A stretch of 64,000 nucleotides of DNA from an uncultured virus (IMG/VR IMGVR_UViG_3300003320_000433) (Duplodnaviria > Heunggongvirae > Uroviricota > Caudoviricetes): IMG/VR virus record IMGVR_UViG_3300003320_000433, one strand, 5' to 3'. Below the pieces are notes generated by a model, which had not been told where the DNA came from, ran no database searches, and was given only the letters and a program-made list of their open reading frames with translations. This document shows positions 19,070-29,386 of this stretch, in pieces (within the stretch, counting starts at the first letter, position 1; every line of letters starts with the position of its first letter). The translations under genes and the position numbers were made by a program.

Positions 19070-19768
19070 TCTCCACACCTCCCATCGACTTGTTCAACCC
19101 CTTGATCGCCGCAAGCATCTGCTCTGGCGACTTCGGTCCGCTGTCTTCGTACTTGATCAGGAAGTCGTCCACATTGAACTTCTTCCCCTTCTTGCTCCGG
19201 TTGGCGTTCGCGATTGTCGCCGCAATTGTGGCCGCCTGTATGTCCTGCCGACGCCGACCGAGTGGACCGGTGATCTTTTCGAACGCCATCCACTCGGTCA
19301 GCTCGGCCGAACCCAACCGGGAATCCAGGTCGGCCACGGTCATCCCGAGGTGCTCTGCTAGTCGGAATCGGAAGAGTCGCTCGGGGCGGCGTCGGAGTTT
19401 CCCTCCGCTTCCTTCACCGCGTACTTGCCCATGCCCGAGAGCTCCTGGACCTTCCCCGCGAGTCGCTCGATGACCGCACCGGACTTCCCGCCGAGGACAC
19501 CCGCTGCGATCTCCTTGTTGGAGTAGATCCGCTCGAAGTTCTCGTCCACCATCGACATGCCGACGAGCTTCTCGCGGTAGACCTTCAGCGACTCGACCTT
19601 GAGCTGCGGTGTCTGGCCGTTGGCGACGACCGAGCCAGCCTCGATGTAGCCGCGATCCGACGCGGACAACTCCATGAGTCGGACCTCGCCGTTCCACTCG
19701 GGAACAGGAACGTCCTCCCACTTGCGGTCGACCGCGTCGTTGATCTGCTGCTTGCCCAAGAGTGCCAT
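19050..19768 (-). CDS. tail assembly chaperone, -1 frameshift-extended (gpGT-like) product
   Basis: G GGA AAC at 19397-19403 shifts into the frame reading GKLRRRPERLFRFRLAEHLGMTV. Confidence 0.8.
19358..19768 (-). CDS. tail assembly chaperone (gpG-like)
   Basis: EDVPVPEWNGEVRLMELS motif; between the major tail and tape measure genes. Confidence 0.85.
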   Translation of the reverse strand: MALLGKQQINDAVDRKWEDVPVPEWNGEVRLMELSASDRGYIEAGSVVANGQTPQLKVESLKVYREKLVGMSMVDENFERIYSNKEIAAGVLGGKSGAVIERLAGKVQELSGMGKYAVKEAEGNSDAAPSDSSDSD

Positions 19769-19790
19769 GATGCTCTGTTCCTCGTTCTCG

Positions 19791-20225
19791 TCAGCTGCCG
19801 GCAGTCGGCGTCAGGGTGGGCTTGCCGGAGATCTTGAAGGTCGCCGTCCGCTCCATCTTGTCGTCGTGCGGGAACTCGTCGCCCAGCGCGGTGATGAGCG
19901 CGTCGAAGTCCCAGGTCCACTCGTTGATGGTGTCCGGGAAGATCTTGATCTGGTAGGCCCGGAGCGCGTCCTCCTCGAAGTCGTCGTCGAGGTCCTGGTG
20001 CGTCGGGCTACCCGCGTCGTAGTTGAGCGTGAGCTCCACCTCGCCGCCGTCCTTGAGCCCCTTGACGAACTCGCGGTACTGGTTCGGGGAGTCGTGCGCG
20101 GTGACCTCGATGGCCTCGCGCTCCCGGCTCGGACCCGAGATGTCCGTGACCTGCGCGATCACCACATAGGTCGATCCGGTCGTGTTGCGGAGGAACTGAG
20201 TTCCCCACGCATCCTGTCCTGCCAT
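19791..20225 (-). CDS. major tail (tube) protein
   Basis: IEVTAHDS..YREFVKGLKDGGE and TFKISGKP. Confidence 0.9.
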   Translation of the reverse strand: MAGQDAWGTQFLRNTTGSTYVVIAQVTDISGPSREREAIEVTAHDSPNQYREFVKGLKDGGEVELTLNYDAGSPTHQDLDDDFEEDALRAYQIKIFPDTINEWTWDFDALITALGDEFPHDDKMERTATFKISGKPTLTPTAGS

Positions 20226-20228
20226 GTG

Positions 20229-20639
20229 TCACACCTCCTGATTGATCAATATCCGGAATTGTACCGGAACGTGGCGTATCTCGGGGTCCGGATCGCGCAA
20301 TGTAGAAAGCTGCACGAATCGGATGCCTGTTATCGACCAGGGGTCCGGCAGGGCTATTGCGCTCCGCTTGTGGTCGAGGATCGGAATGATCTCATATGCG
20401 ACATCCAGCGCTGGCTTGAATCCGAGCGATTTCGTCCACACATGGATCGTGGCGAGCACGTCCCAGCCGAAGCTGTCGTGCTGATTGTCGGGGAGCGCGA
20501 TAATCTCTCCAACAGTTGCCCAAGGCTTCGTCTGGTCCTCGGGCACGTTGTCGTAGACGCCAGCCGTGATGTTGCCGTTGAGCGCGACATACAGCTGCTT
20601 CTGAAGCTCGTTGAAAGGGGGATTTGCAGTCTGTGTCAC
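20229..20639 (-). CDS. tail terminator (DUF3168-like)
   Basis: LQKQLYVAL, VYDNVP, TIHVWT; synteny. Confidence 0.8.
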   Translation of the reverse strand: MTQTANPPFNELQKQLYVALNGNITAGVYDNVPEDQTKPWATVGEIIALPDNQHDSFGWDVLATIHVWTKSLGFKPALDVAYEIIPILDHKRSAIALPDPWSITGIRFVQLSTLRDPDPEIRHVPVQFRILINQEV

Positions 20640-20989
20640 GACTCAATCTCCCCCTTGATCTTGTTGGCGATTCGCTTGGGTCCGTTGGCACGCGCCCACT
20701 CGATCGTCGGTCGGACGTACGGCTGAGCCGGTCCACGACTGGTTCCGTATTCCACGAACTCGGCATAGTTGACGCCACGTGGCCCGACGGTGACAGACGA
20801 CCCCTCGATCTTCTTGGAGATCGAGCCCTTGAGCTTGCCGGTATCCACCGGGACAATGCCCTTCATGTGGATCACGACCTCGTCTGCGAACTCGCTGATG
20901 GCCTCCTGGGTCACGCCAGCGAGCCTGTCTGCGATCCGCTCCAGGCGCTGCTGAGCAGCACGAATGCCCCGCGCACGGATGCCCATCAT
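20636..20989 (-). CDS. HK97 gp10-family neck protein
   Basis: PVDTGKLKGSI and YAEFVEYGTS..AQPYVRP. Confidence 0.85.
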   Translation of the reverse strand: MMGIRARGIRAAQQRLERIADRLAGVTQEAISEFADEVVIHMKGIVPVDTGKLKGSISKKIEGSSVTVGPRGVNYAEFVEYGTSRGPAQPYVRPTIEWARANGPKRIANKIKGEIES

Positions 20990-21147
20990 CGCCTCCCTTG
21001 CTGGTGCCGGGCCAGAGCGAGCAGGCCGAGCGTGGACCATGCTATGGATTCGTCCCAGTTGCCAGCGCGGGCTGCAGCTTCCGCCCGCTCACGCGCCTCA
21101 GTGGGACCGATCGGCTTCTCCGCCTGAGCGGGCTTCTCATCCTCCAT
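20986..21147 (-). CDS. small hypothetical protein (53 aa, not in ORF track)
   Basis: MEDEKPAQAEK...HQQGRR fills the gap; AGGAGAG RBS; stop overlaps the next start. Confidence 0.55.
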   Translation of the reverse strand: MEDEKPAQAEKPIGPTEARERAEAAARAGNWDESIAWSTLGLLALARHQQGRR

Positions 21148-21149
21148 GG

Positions 21150-21491
21150 TCAGCTCTCCTGCTCGCTCTGGATGATCTCGACGTCCGCGCGGATATACAC
21201 GCCCGGTGTCGAGGGCTTGACGACGTTCATCACACGGAAACGATCCGAGCCCTGGCGATATTCATCGCCGCGCTGGATGTCGTCGTCATGATTCTGGTAC
21301 ACCTTGTGGGTCAAAGATGCACCAGCCTGCTGCGCCTCGAACTGCTCACGGGCCGATGCCTGGTCAATCTTGACCTTGCGTCCGCTCTGGAGCAGGCTGA
21401 AGGAGTATGTCACTCCTCCTTGGCCGTCCGACACTTCAGTCCGTCGATAGACATCGGCGGTCTGCTTCAGCAGGTGTGACACCAAGCTCAT
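21150..21491 (-). CDS. head-to-tail stopper
   Basis: SDGQGG and DIQRGD motifs; synteny. Confidence 0.8.
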   Translation of the reverse strand: MSLVSHLLKQTADVYRRTEVSDGQGGVTYSFSLLQSGRKVKIDQASAREQFEAQQAGASLTHKVYQNHDDDIQRGDEYRQGSDRFRVMNVVKPSTPGVYIRADVEIIQSEQES

Positions 21492-21492
21492 C

Positions 21493-21966
21493 TCAGTACC
21501 CCGATCCGAGGTCGGGGCGCTCGACCCATGGAATGATTCCCTCCAGGTCTCCGTCGTTCAGCAGGACCTTCTCGGTCGGCGTCAACGGGTCCATGGTGCG
21601 GGTTCGCTTCCACCTGAGCTTGGTGATCCAGCGCTGCGCGATCGGAGCCAGCATCGCGGAATCCTCCGAGCTGCCGCCCGACCCCGAACCGCCGGAGCCG
21701 TTGGTGTAACTGTAGTCGCCGAGCGTCTCGCTCTGCTTCTCCGTGCCAGTGCCGAAGTCGTCGACACCCTGGTCCTTCTGCCACTTGGCCTGCCAGCTGA
21801 GGGCCTGCTTCAGGATGCGCAGTGTGCGCGGCTGCAGGTCCGCAACGAGTCCGTAGTGGATGTCTGTGTGCAAGTCGATGATGGACTGAGCTGTGTCCAG
21901 GTCGGACTGAAACAGCGTCACGCCGGTGATGGCGGAAGCCTCCGCCGGGGTCGCCCAGGTTCCCAT
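21493..21966 (-). CDS. head-to-tail adaptor
   Basis: QSETLGDYSYT motif; follows the capsid gene. Confidence 0.75.
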   Translation of the reverse strand: MGTWATPAEASAITGVTLFQSDLDTAQSIIDLHTDIHYGLVADLQPRTLRILKQALSWQAKWQKDQGVDDFGTGTEKQSETLGDYSYTNGSGGSGSGGSSEDSAMLAPIAQRWITKLRWKRTRTMDPLTPTEKVLLNDGDLEGIIPWVERPDLGSGY

Positions 21967-22015
21967 GCCGCCCTCCTCAGTCGGTATGCCCCTCGTATGG
22001 CCGCGTAACGAACGA

Positions 22016-22048
22016 ACGCCCCGTCCCCGGTGAAAAGGGACGGGGCGT
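22016..22048 (-). terminator. hairpin terminator downstream of the capsid gene
   Basis: ACGCCCCGTCCC...GGGACGGGGCGT inverted repeat. Confidence 0.6.
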
Positions 22049-22091
22049 CGCCCGCAGGCCGCTACGGGGGCGTTTACGGCCTACGCCGGGG

Positions 22092-23162
22092 TCAGCTCAG
22101 GGCGGAGCCGTCGTCGACCAGGACGGCGAACGCCTTCTCGTGGCCGATGGCGAAGCCCTTGCGGACACGGATCTTGACGTTGGCCTCGTCCGTCGTGGAG
22201 ATCGCGGCCGGGATCGGCTGGGTCTCGACGGTGGACCGGTCGCCGACGACCAGGAAGTCCCGGTTGCCGAAGACCATGATCGGCGCACCCGTGGGCGCGG
22301 CGGAGGCCGTGGCGTTGAGGCGGCAGCCGTTCGACCACTTGACCGGGATGTCGAAGACGGTGTCCGGCGTACCGGCGTCCCCACCCTGGCCACGGACGAA
22401 GATGGGCTGGCCCTGGTCGTCCTTGATCTGGCGGAGCTGCTTGCGGAAGGTCGGGTGCGCGATGCAGACCGACATCGACTCGTCGAAGTAGTCGCCGTCC
22501 TCGTACCGGCCCAGCGCCTCGGAGAGCTCGTTGTAGGTGACCGTGCCCTCGGTGACCGTGCCGACGATGTTGTCGTTGGCGGTGTAGCCGGTCGTGGCGT
22601 TGGTCTGGGTGAGCGCGTAGTAGACCGAGGTGTAGGGCACCGTCGGCGCGGACTCGGCGGCGGAGGTCGCCAGCGTCGCGTTGTCGAAGTACTTGGCGTA
22701 CGAGGTCGCCCAGTCCTTCTCCTTGGACGCGATGATGTCGGCCGCGCTGTCGTTGAGGTCCTCCTCGGCCACGGTCAGGAGGCCGGTGTGCTTCCGCGCC
22801 GTGAGCAGGACGTCGTCGTTCTCGTCGTTGCTGGAGGTGTAGGTGCCGCTCTTGTTGAGCGTCTTCACCTCCATGCCGGACGAACGCGGCTCCTTCTTGG
22901 TCGCCGAGTTCATCGGGGTGTGACGACCCCACGCCTCGACGGCCGAGACCTGGACGACCCGCTGGATGACCTCGGAGTCGGTCTCCTCCGGGATCCAGCT
23001 GTCGAAGTTGTCGGCCGCACCACCGGCGACGAAGAGGATGGCGGAGCCGTCGGCCTTGAAGCCGATGACGTCGCCGGGCTCGAACTCGGTCCATACCTGC
23101 GACGTGCGCTTGGCCGCGAACTCGGCCTTGCGTGCCGCCCAGTCTTCCATGGAGAAGTCCAT
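22092..23162 (-). CDS. major capsid protein (HK97 fold)
   Basis: WIPEE, LRQIKDDQGQPIF, VFGN, RVRKGFAI..EKAFAVL; strong codon bias. Confidence 0.85.
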   Translation of the reverse strand: MDFSMEDWAARKAEFAAKRTSQVWTEFEPGDVIGFKADGSAILFVAGGAADNFDSWIPEETDSEVIQRVVQVSAVEAWGRHTPMNSATKKEPRSSGMEVKTLNKSGTYTSSNDENDDVLLTARKHTGLLTVAEEDLNDSAADIIASKEKDWATSYAKYFDNATLATSAAESAPTVPYTSVYYALTQTNATTGYTANDNIVGTVTEGTVTYNELSEALGRYEDGDYFDESMSVCIAHPTFRKQLRQIKDDQGQPIFVRGQGGDAGTPDTVFDIPVKWSNGCRLNATASAAPTGAPIMVFGNRDFLVVGDRSTVETQPIPAAISTTDEANVKIRVRKGFAIGHEKAFAVLVDDGSALS

Positions 23163-23299
23163 GTGGGCTCCCTTCGGGAATTTGATCGGGTAAATGCAAA
23201 CAGCCCCAGGCGGGGTTGCCCCACCCAGGGCTGCTGCACTCGGCACTCGGCCGTGTGTGCTCGGGGCAATGATACCCCATCCAGCGGAAAGCAGCCGGA

Positions 23300-23560
23300 T
23301 CAGTATTCGTACCCTGCTTTCAGCCGATCGGCGGCCTGCTGTGCAGGTGTCTTCTTGTTGTTCATGCGATCGGCCGTGTCACGGATCTCGCGAGCGTTGT
23401 ACGTGTGCTGCTGAATGTGCCTCGCAGCCATTTGTACGACGCCATCCGGGCGACTGGAATTGTCGCTCTTGGCGAGGTACGTCTCGGACATCTTGACCGC
23501 CTTGTCGTGCAGGGCAGCCATGTCCTCCAGGTACTTCTGCTCCAGGTCTCCGAGCGCCAT
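23300..23560 (-). CDS. hypothetical protein
   Basis: 86-aa ORF between scaffold and capsid genes. Confidence 0.6.
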   Translation of the reverse strand: MALGDLEQKYLEDMAALHDKAVKMSETYLAKSDNSSRPDGVVQMAARHIQQHTYNAREIRDTADRMNNKKTPAQQAADRLKAGYEY

Positions 23561-23594
23561 TGCTACAACTCCTAGTCGCGTTGATCGCTATTGC

Positions 23595-24488
23595 CTACAG
23601 GCCTCGGAGCCTGTTGGCCACCTTCTGGGCTGCGGTGAGCCGCTCGTCACCGGCACCCTCGTCGCCACCACCGGACCCACCGGCCTTGCGCGCGGAGCCG
23701 CCCTTGGCAGCCGTGGTCTTGCCGGAGCCGTCCCCGTTGGAGGTGGTCCGCTTGCGGGTCGTCGTGGCCTTGCGCGGCCCGAACATCTCGGGCATGTCCT
23801 TCTTGAGCGCGATGACCTGGTCCGAGACGTCGATGGAGCCGTCCTCGTCGTCGATGTCCGCCTCGTTGACGTCGATCATACGGACGAGTCGGTCCACCAG
23901 CGCCGGACGCGCACCCTGCGCCATGAGCTCGGCCTTGGCCGCCATGCGGATGACGACCGGCTTGAAGGAGTTCTTGCCGTCCTCCTTGGCCTTCTCGATG
24001 AGCTCGTTGATGCGTCGCTGCGCGGCCTCGGAGTCGACCTCCTTGCCGGCAGTCTTCTGGAGCTCGGCGAACTGCTCCTGCAGGGTCGCGAAGTCCTGCT
24101 CCAGCTTGGACTTGGCGGACTCGGCCGCAGCGAGGCGCGTGCCCCGGTTCTTGGAGTTCTTGAGCTTCTTGAGGTAGGCCGCTCGGAGACGCTTGACTTC
24201 GGCACGGAGCTCGTCCTCGGACTTGCCCTTGTCCTCGTCATCGTCGTCTTCGTCGTCCTCCTCGTCGTCCTCGGAGCCCTTGCCCTTGTCGTCCTCCTCG
24301 TCCTCGTCCTCTTCGTCGTCCTCGTCCTCGCCACCGTCGGCGTAGAACACAGGCGAGAAGGGGTCCGTGGCGTAGGGATGGGCCCACCCAGGCTCGTATC
24401 CGTCCACACCGGCGGCAGTCAGCAGGTCCAGGCCCGCACCGGCGGACTTGGCGGCCGACAGGCCAGGACGGAGAAGGTTGTTCTGCAT
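23595..24488 (-). CDS. scaffolding protein
   Basis: Acidic tract, coiled coil and LKKDMPEMF; upstream of the capsid gene. Confidence 0.75.
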   Translation of the reverse strand: MQNNLLRPGLSAAKSAGAGLDLLTAAGVDGYEPGWAHPYATDPFSPVFYADGGEDEDDEEDEDEEDDKGKGSEDDEEDDEDDDDEDKGKSEDELRAEVKRLRAAYLKKLKNSKNRGTRLAAAESAKSKLEQDFATLQEQFAELQKTAGKEVDSEAAQRRINELIEKAKEDGKNSFKPVVIRMAAKAELMAQGARPALVDRLVRMIDVNEADIDDEDGSIDVSDQVIALKKDMPEMFGPRKATTTRKRTTSNGDGSGKTTAAKGGSARKAGGSGGGDEGAGDERLTAAQKVANRLRGL

Positions 24489-24505
24489 GTACGTAATCCT
24501 CACGA

Positions 24506-25546
24506 CTATGGGTTCGGAACACTCCGGCCCCGAGCGAACTCACCGCGCTTCAGGTCGCGGTGAGCCCTCTCGAGCACGGTCTTGGGGAGATTGGGACTGC
24601 CCGAAAGCAATTCCTTCAGCGCTCTGATCCTGCTTGCGTTGGATTCCGAAGGTAGTGAGAATCCACGAGCAACTGATCGCTGCGCCTCTCTTGAGATCGC
24701 GTCTGGCAAGCTTACCTCGCCTGGCTTTGCCCACGCTGGATTCCACGGAACAGGCCTGCAACGGCAATGTGGATGGAGCGGTGGACGAACTCCCTTGGCA
24801 TTCTTGTCGACCTGATTCGGATCCCAGGATTGTCCACCGGTCCAGTCCTCGCCACGCTTCACAACCTGGCCCGCGTATTTCAGGCAGCGCACACAGGCAT
24901 CTCGCTCAGACACCCATATCTCCATGGGAGCCTTATTGGCCGTGGCTGTGGCATGCATGGTCTTCTGCACGTTGTTGTTGACCGACGTCGTAATTGTCGC
25001 CTTGGCCCGGTCGAGAACCTTGCGTGCCTGCGTCAGGCCAGACAGGATGCCGCGCAGTCCGAGCCGCTCCACAACCGGCTTGCGCAGCAGTCGCTTGAAC
25101 AGGCCCTCACCCTCCTTGACGGCCGTCCTCACGGCCGCGCGCTCTTCCACGAGATCAACCGCAGGAGCCGCTACGTTGGTCGCTGCGGGCTTGCCGGTTG
25201 CCCCCGCAACGAACGCCGCTCCCTGTTCCTGCGCGGTCGTTACAGCGGCGCTCGCGGCCTCCGTGAGGGCTGAGATGGTCGACGCCTCCAGCCCCTTGAG
25301 CGCTCCGGTCGACGCCGACAATGCATCCCTGATCATCGAGTCCAGAGCAGGACCGGCTCCGGGCGCAGACATCGACCCGAACTCCTTGATCCATGCAGAC
25401 GTGGCTGAGCGCACAGCAGCATCGATGGCAGCGAATCGCTTGTCTGTCGCCGCCTTGATCGCCTTGTCCTCGATCGCCTTGATGGCTTCGATCTGCTTCT
25501 GCTGCACAAGCTCCAGCAGCTTCTCGGGATCTATGCGCTCAGCCAT
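24506..25546 (-). CDS. MuF-like minor capsid protein
   Basis: DACVRC and PPLHPHCRC motifs. Confidence 0.85.
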   Translation of the reverse strand: MAERIDPEKLLELVQQKQIEAIKAIEDKAIKAATDKRFAAIDAAVRSATSAWIKEFGSMSAPGAGPALDSMIRDALSASTGALKGLEASTISALTEAASAAVTTAQEQGAAFVAGATGKPAATNVAAPAVDLVEERAAVRTAVKEGEGLFKRLLRKPVVERLGLRGILSGLTQARKVLDRAKATITTSVNNNVQKTMHATATANKAPMEIWVSERDACVRCLKYAGQVVKRGEDWTGGQSWDPNQVDKNAKGVRPPLHPHCRCRPVPWNPAWAKPGEVSLPDAISREAQRSVARGFSLPSESNASRIRALKELLSGSPNLPKTVLERAHRDLKRGEFARGRSVPNP

Positions 25547-25549
25547 GTG

Positions 25550-25765
25550 TCAGTCCTCCAAGGAGAGAAGCATCTCGTCCCAGAGCGCTTCAGGAACCAG
25601 AAATCCCAAGATGGCCGGTCCGTCTGCTATCTGTCCGATTCGGTTGTCGTCCTTGAGCGCCATGTACGCCCTTGATGGAAGGTCCTTTCCACACTGCACG
25701 AGAATGACCGGTCCTGCTGCGCCAGTACTTCGTGCAAGCTTGAGAGCCTCCATGGTGCTCATCAT
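25550..25765 (-). CDS. hypothetical protein
   Basis: GAGGAG RBS; fills the gap. Confidence 0.55.
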   Translation of the reverse strand: MMSTMEALKLARSTGAAGPVILVQCGKDLPSRAYMALKDDNRIGQIADGPAILGFLVPEALWDEMLLSLED

Positions 25766-25779
25766 GTTGCTAACTCCTC

Positions 25780-26175
25780 TCAAACACCAACGCCGAAGTG
25801 CACGGCGAGACGGCCGAGGATGTCGGCCTTGAGCTTGAGGTCGGAGATGTCGACCTGTTCCTTGGCGGCGAGCTCCTTGAGCTCGGGGAGCTTGAGCGCC
25901 TCCAGGTCCTCCAGCGTCGGCTCGCCGCCCTCCTCGCGGGTGCTGGTGACGTCGGCCTGCTCCTCCTTGAAGTCGCCGGACTCCTGGGCCTCCAGCTCGG
26001 TCTCCTCCGACTCTTCGTCCGAGACCTCCAGGAACCAGATGCCGGCAGAGCCCTCCGCGCCGAAGCGCTCGCGGATGACGTCCTTCTCCTCGCGGGTGAG
26101 CGCGTCCCGCTCCAGCAGAACGCCACGCTTCCCCTTGGCGAGGAAGATCTCGATCGCTTCGATGGACATGGTCAT
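25780..26175 (-). CDS. acidic protein with C-terminal HeH/Rho-N-like domain
   Basis: LEALKLPELKELAAKEQVDISDLKLKADIL; ATGA overlap with the portal stop. Confidence 0.65.
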   Translation of the reverse strand: MTMSIEAIEIFLAKGKRGVLLERDALTREEKDVIRERFGAEGSAGIWFLEVSDEESEETELEAQESGDFKEEQADVTSTREEGGEPTLEDLEALKLPELKELAAKEQVDISDLKLKADILGRLAVHFGVGV

Positions 26176-27731
26176 GACCCTTCGTCGGTGGGCTCTTCCC
26201 TGAGCCCGGCGATGTCGATGAACAGTTGCGAGATGATCTCGTTGGCCTGGGACAGATCGATCCCCAGAGCCGCAGCCGTGCCGATCTTCTGCACAGCATC
26301 GCCCAGCGTGTTGAGCAGCGTGACACGGCGCAGCAGCTCTGTGTCGTTGGGCTGGCCAGACAGCCACTGGCGGACGGTCTCCTCGTCGTAGCCAGCCTCC
26401 GAGAAGGCGATCTCCGGCGGGATGCCGAGCTCGATCTTCTTCTGGACCATGTCCAGCTTCTCGTCCTCGGTGACGTACTCGATCGGCTTCCACTTGATCG
26501 AGATGGAGAGGTCCTCGTCGTCCTCGGTGTCGTAGAGGATCTCGTACGCCATGTACAGCATCTCCTTGAACTGGGAGTCCAGGAGCTTCTGCTGCCACTC
26601 GGTCTTGGTGTTGAGCCGGGCATCCCTCTGCCGGATCGACTCACCCGTGGGCGTGCCTCCGCCAGTGGAGTCTGCTGTGAAGTAGTACACAGGCGTGTTC
26701 GTGGCGGCAGCCATCAGCTCAACCGCCTTCTCCAGCGGCTTCAGGTACTGGTCCACATCCGCACTGGCGAACTGCCCCACGGAGTCGAAGCCTGACAGGT
26801 CCCAGATGCGTCCCGGACCCGACACCAGAGTCGACACGTTGTCGTTGCTGCGCCCGTCCGGAACGGTGTCGTCCTGCCCCGACCAGTCGATGTCGTCGCC
26901 ACCGGACATGCTGCGCGTCTTGGCCAGGGCGTAGCGCTGCGGGAAGGCGTTGAAGTCTGAACCCGACACCTCGTTCACGAGGAACTTGGTGATCTGGTTC
27001 TGCGGGCCGTACGCCTTCTGGTGCAGCGGGCAGCCATAGGGCAGGTCATTGCGCAGGTGGATGAACGGAATCTCGCCCAGCGGGTTGTCGCGGTCCTCGA
27101 CGTACTCGAAGTCGTCGATGCCGCACTTGTTGGGCGGAGTCTGGTAGTACTCGATCGTCCCGTCTTCCAGGTACAGCCACGCCTCCTCCTGCTTGCCCTT
27201 GCCAGTCTTCTTGCGCTTGACGGCGTGGGTCTTGCGGGCGGGGTTGAGGTCGTCATAGAAGACGCGCACCTTGAGCGGCGACTGGTAGCACGCCACAATC
27301 CCGGTCAGCGCCTGCTGCGGCTGCTCGGCCTCACCTTCGGGGGCAGCCTCGTCGACTGCACCCTCCATGTCCTCGTATTCCGGCCACATGAAGATGTAGG
27401 CGTCGCCGAACTTCTCGGCAGCGAGGATGGCGGTCTTGTGGACGAACTGCAGCTGATTGGCCTTCCAGACTTCCTCCTGGAGCGCCTCAGTGACGTCCGG
27501 ATCGTTGGTCTGGATGTCGACAATCTCCAGCTTCTCGACCACAGCGTCAACCGGCACAGCGCTCAACACAGCCTTGTAGTTGACGTCCTTGCGAACCAGA
27601 AGGCGCTGCATCACCAGCGACTGAAACGGCTCGACGAATGTGCCCTTGTAGAACTTGTCCGCCTCGACATATCCGGGCGTTGCCTTGTCGAGCTCCCTCA
27701 GAGAATCGCGGAGCAGCTGCTTGTGCGACAT
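26172..27731 (-). CDS. portal protein (SPP1 gp6-like)
   Basis: 519 aa after terminase; NPLGEIPF, AFPQRY, TGESIR. Confidence 0.85.
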   Translation of the reverse strand: MSHKQLLRDSLRELDKATPGYVEADKFYKGTFVEPFQSLVMQRLLVRKDVNYKAVLSAVPVDAVVEKLEIVDIQTNDPDVTEALQEEVWKANQLQFVHKTAILAAEKFGDAYIFMWPEYEDMEGAVDEAAPEGEAEQPQQALTGIVACYQSPLKVRVFYDDLNPARKTHAVKRKKTGKGKQEEAWLYLEDGTIEYYQTPPNKCGIDDFEYVEDRDNPLGEIPFIHLRNDLPYGCPLHQKAYGPQNQITKFLVNEVSGSDFNAFPQRYALAKTRSMSGGDDIDWSGQDDTVPDGRSNDNVSTLVSGPGRIWDLSGFDSVGQFASADVDQYLKPLEKAVELMAAATNTPVYYFTADSTGGGTPTGESIRQRDARLNTKTEWQQKLLDSQFKEMLYMAYEILYDTEDDEDLSISIKWKPIEYVTEDEKLDMVQKKIELGIPPEIAFSEAGYDEETVRQWLSGQPNDTELLRRVTLLNTLGDAVQKIGTAAALGIDLSQANEIISQLFIDIAGLREEPTDEGS

Positions 27732-27842
27732 ATGGATAACACCTCCTCAACGAATAGGCATAAGGCATCCCATAAGGAGGAGATGCCCCATTAGGGCTGC
27801 TGGCCCCACACAGGGCGTTCTGCTATGCGGCGAAGTATAACC

Positions 27843-29386
27843 TCACGCGTAATTCCCACTGGACACGCGGCGCTGCGGAGTCTTGGGCGGGCTGAGCAGC
27901 TTGAGGACGGCATTGCCAATTGCGTCAACAATGTCGTCATGCTTGAGTCGAGGGAATCCAACGAGATTCTCTTCAGCCTGCTGATGACGCTGCGTGTGCA
28001 GAACACGCGAGGGAATCCGCTGATACAGAGCATGGACCTTGCCGGCACGAACCTCCTTGGGCTCGCTGTTGTTGAACAGCACCACCTTGACCGGCATGTC
28101 GTGCATGACCTCTCGCCAGAGCTCACCGCCCTGGTTCGCCTCGACCAGGATCACCTTGATCTCGGGGTACATCTCCAGAATCTGCAGGATCTTCTGGCGC
28201 AGCGCCTTGCCCAGGAGCTTGACGCCCACAGCGTACTTGACCTCTGCACGCCGACGCGGATCTCCAGGCTTGTGAGGCGTGGCGCCGACGACGGCCAGTC
28301 CAGTGAAGTCCGACTTCTTCTTGTCGGTCACTGCACCGTCGACGCTGAGGATGGTGATGGCGCAAGGCAGCGAGCCATATGTGAAGTCGTCACGCGTCCA
28401 GTACTGACCGTCAACTGCCAGCGGGTCGTTCTCGTAGTTCTTGGCGAACGACCGGGTGTGGCGCACCGAGTTGAGCCACTCCATCGGCCACTTCTCCGGC
28501 CACAGGCTGGTCTCATTGCCGTCGTCGTCGATGTTGATCGGCTTGTAGTGGTGGACCTTGAACTTCTCAGTTGTGATCCACTCTTCGACCTCGTCCTCTG
28601 GCAGATCTCCGCGCTGTACAGCAGCCGCCTTCACCAACTGATGGGTGATGCTGCCCGGCATCGTTACAGTCCCAGCGAGGATGACGCGTGCCCTGATGTT
28701 GAGCGGCAGGATGGCGTCNNNNNNNNNNNNNNNNNGTCAGGACGCTTGTCCTCCACCTTCATACCCAGCACAGAGACATCTGCGCCTCCAGCCGCGAACA
28801 CGAATCCTGACTGTGCCTGGTACAGGTCCTGTGTATCGGCCACCGTCATGTTGCCACGCCTCTTCAGCGGCTGACACAGGTCTGGGAAGTCCGACTGGAT
28901 AAGCGGATTGGCTTCCAGCTCTCGCTTGAATGACGACAGGTGCTTCTTGGCCTGTGGTCCCGAGTCCGCGAATGCAGCGACGAACTTGACGTGGCCATGG
29001 GCGGCAGCCCACATGGGCAGGATCTTGAACAGCCATGTCGACTTGCCGGCATCTCGGGGCGCGATGAATGCATCCCGCATCTCTGCAGGACCGAATTGCG
29101 AGGCAGGCTTCTCAGCCCATTCACGAGCCTTCTCGCAGAGGTCCCAGTGGAACTCCGACATGGAGATAACGCCGACTTCGGAATCAGCGCCCTCAGCAAT
29201 GTCCTCCATTGGCGCTGGCATCTTCAGCGAATGCGGCATGTACGTCAGGGCGAACAACAACGGTTCGTCATATGTGAGATATCGACGCCCAACAGACGTA
29301 CCCAGCAACATGCGCAGCGCCTCAACAGAGCCATCGCACATGGCATCGGCCACGTCCTCAAAGTACTCAGCCAGCGTCGTCGTCAT
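27843..29386 (-). CDS. terminase large subunit (spans N gap 28719-28735)
   Basis: IAPRDAGKST Walker A; SVDGA, KSDFTG, VEANQGG and HDDIVDA nuclease motifs. Confidence 0.9.

Noticed and set aside
28664..28740. Terminase split into two ORFs (intron, frameshift or pseudogene)
   Set aside because: The break coincides with an N run of uncertain length; protein sequence continues sensibly on both sides.
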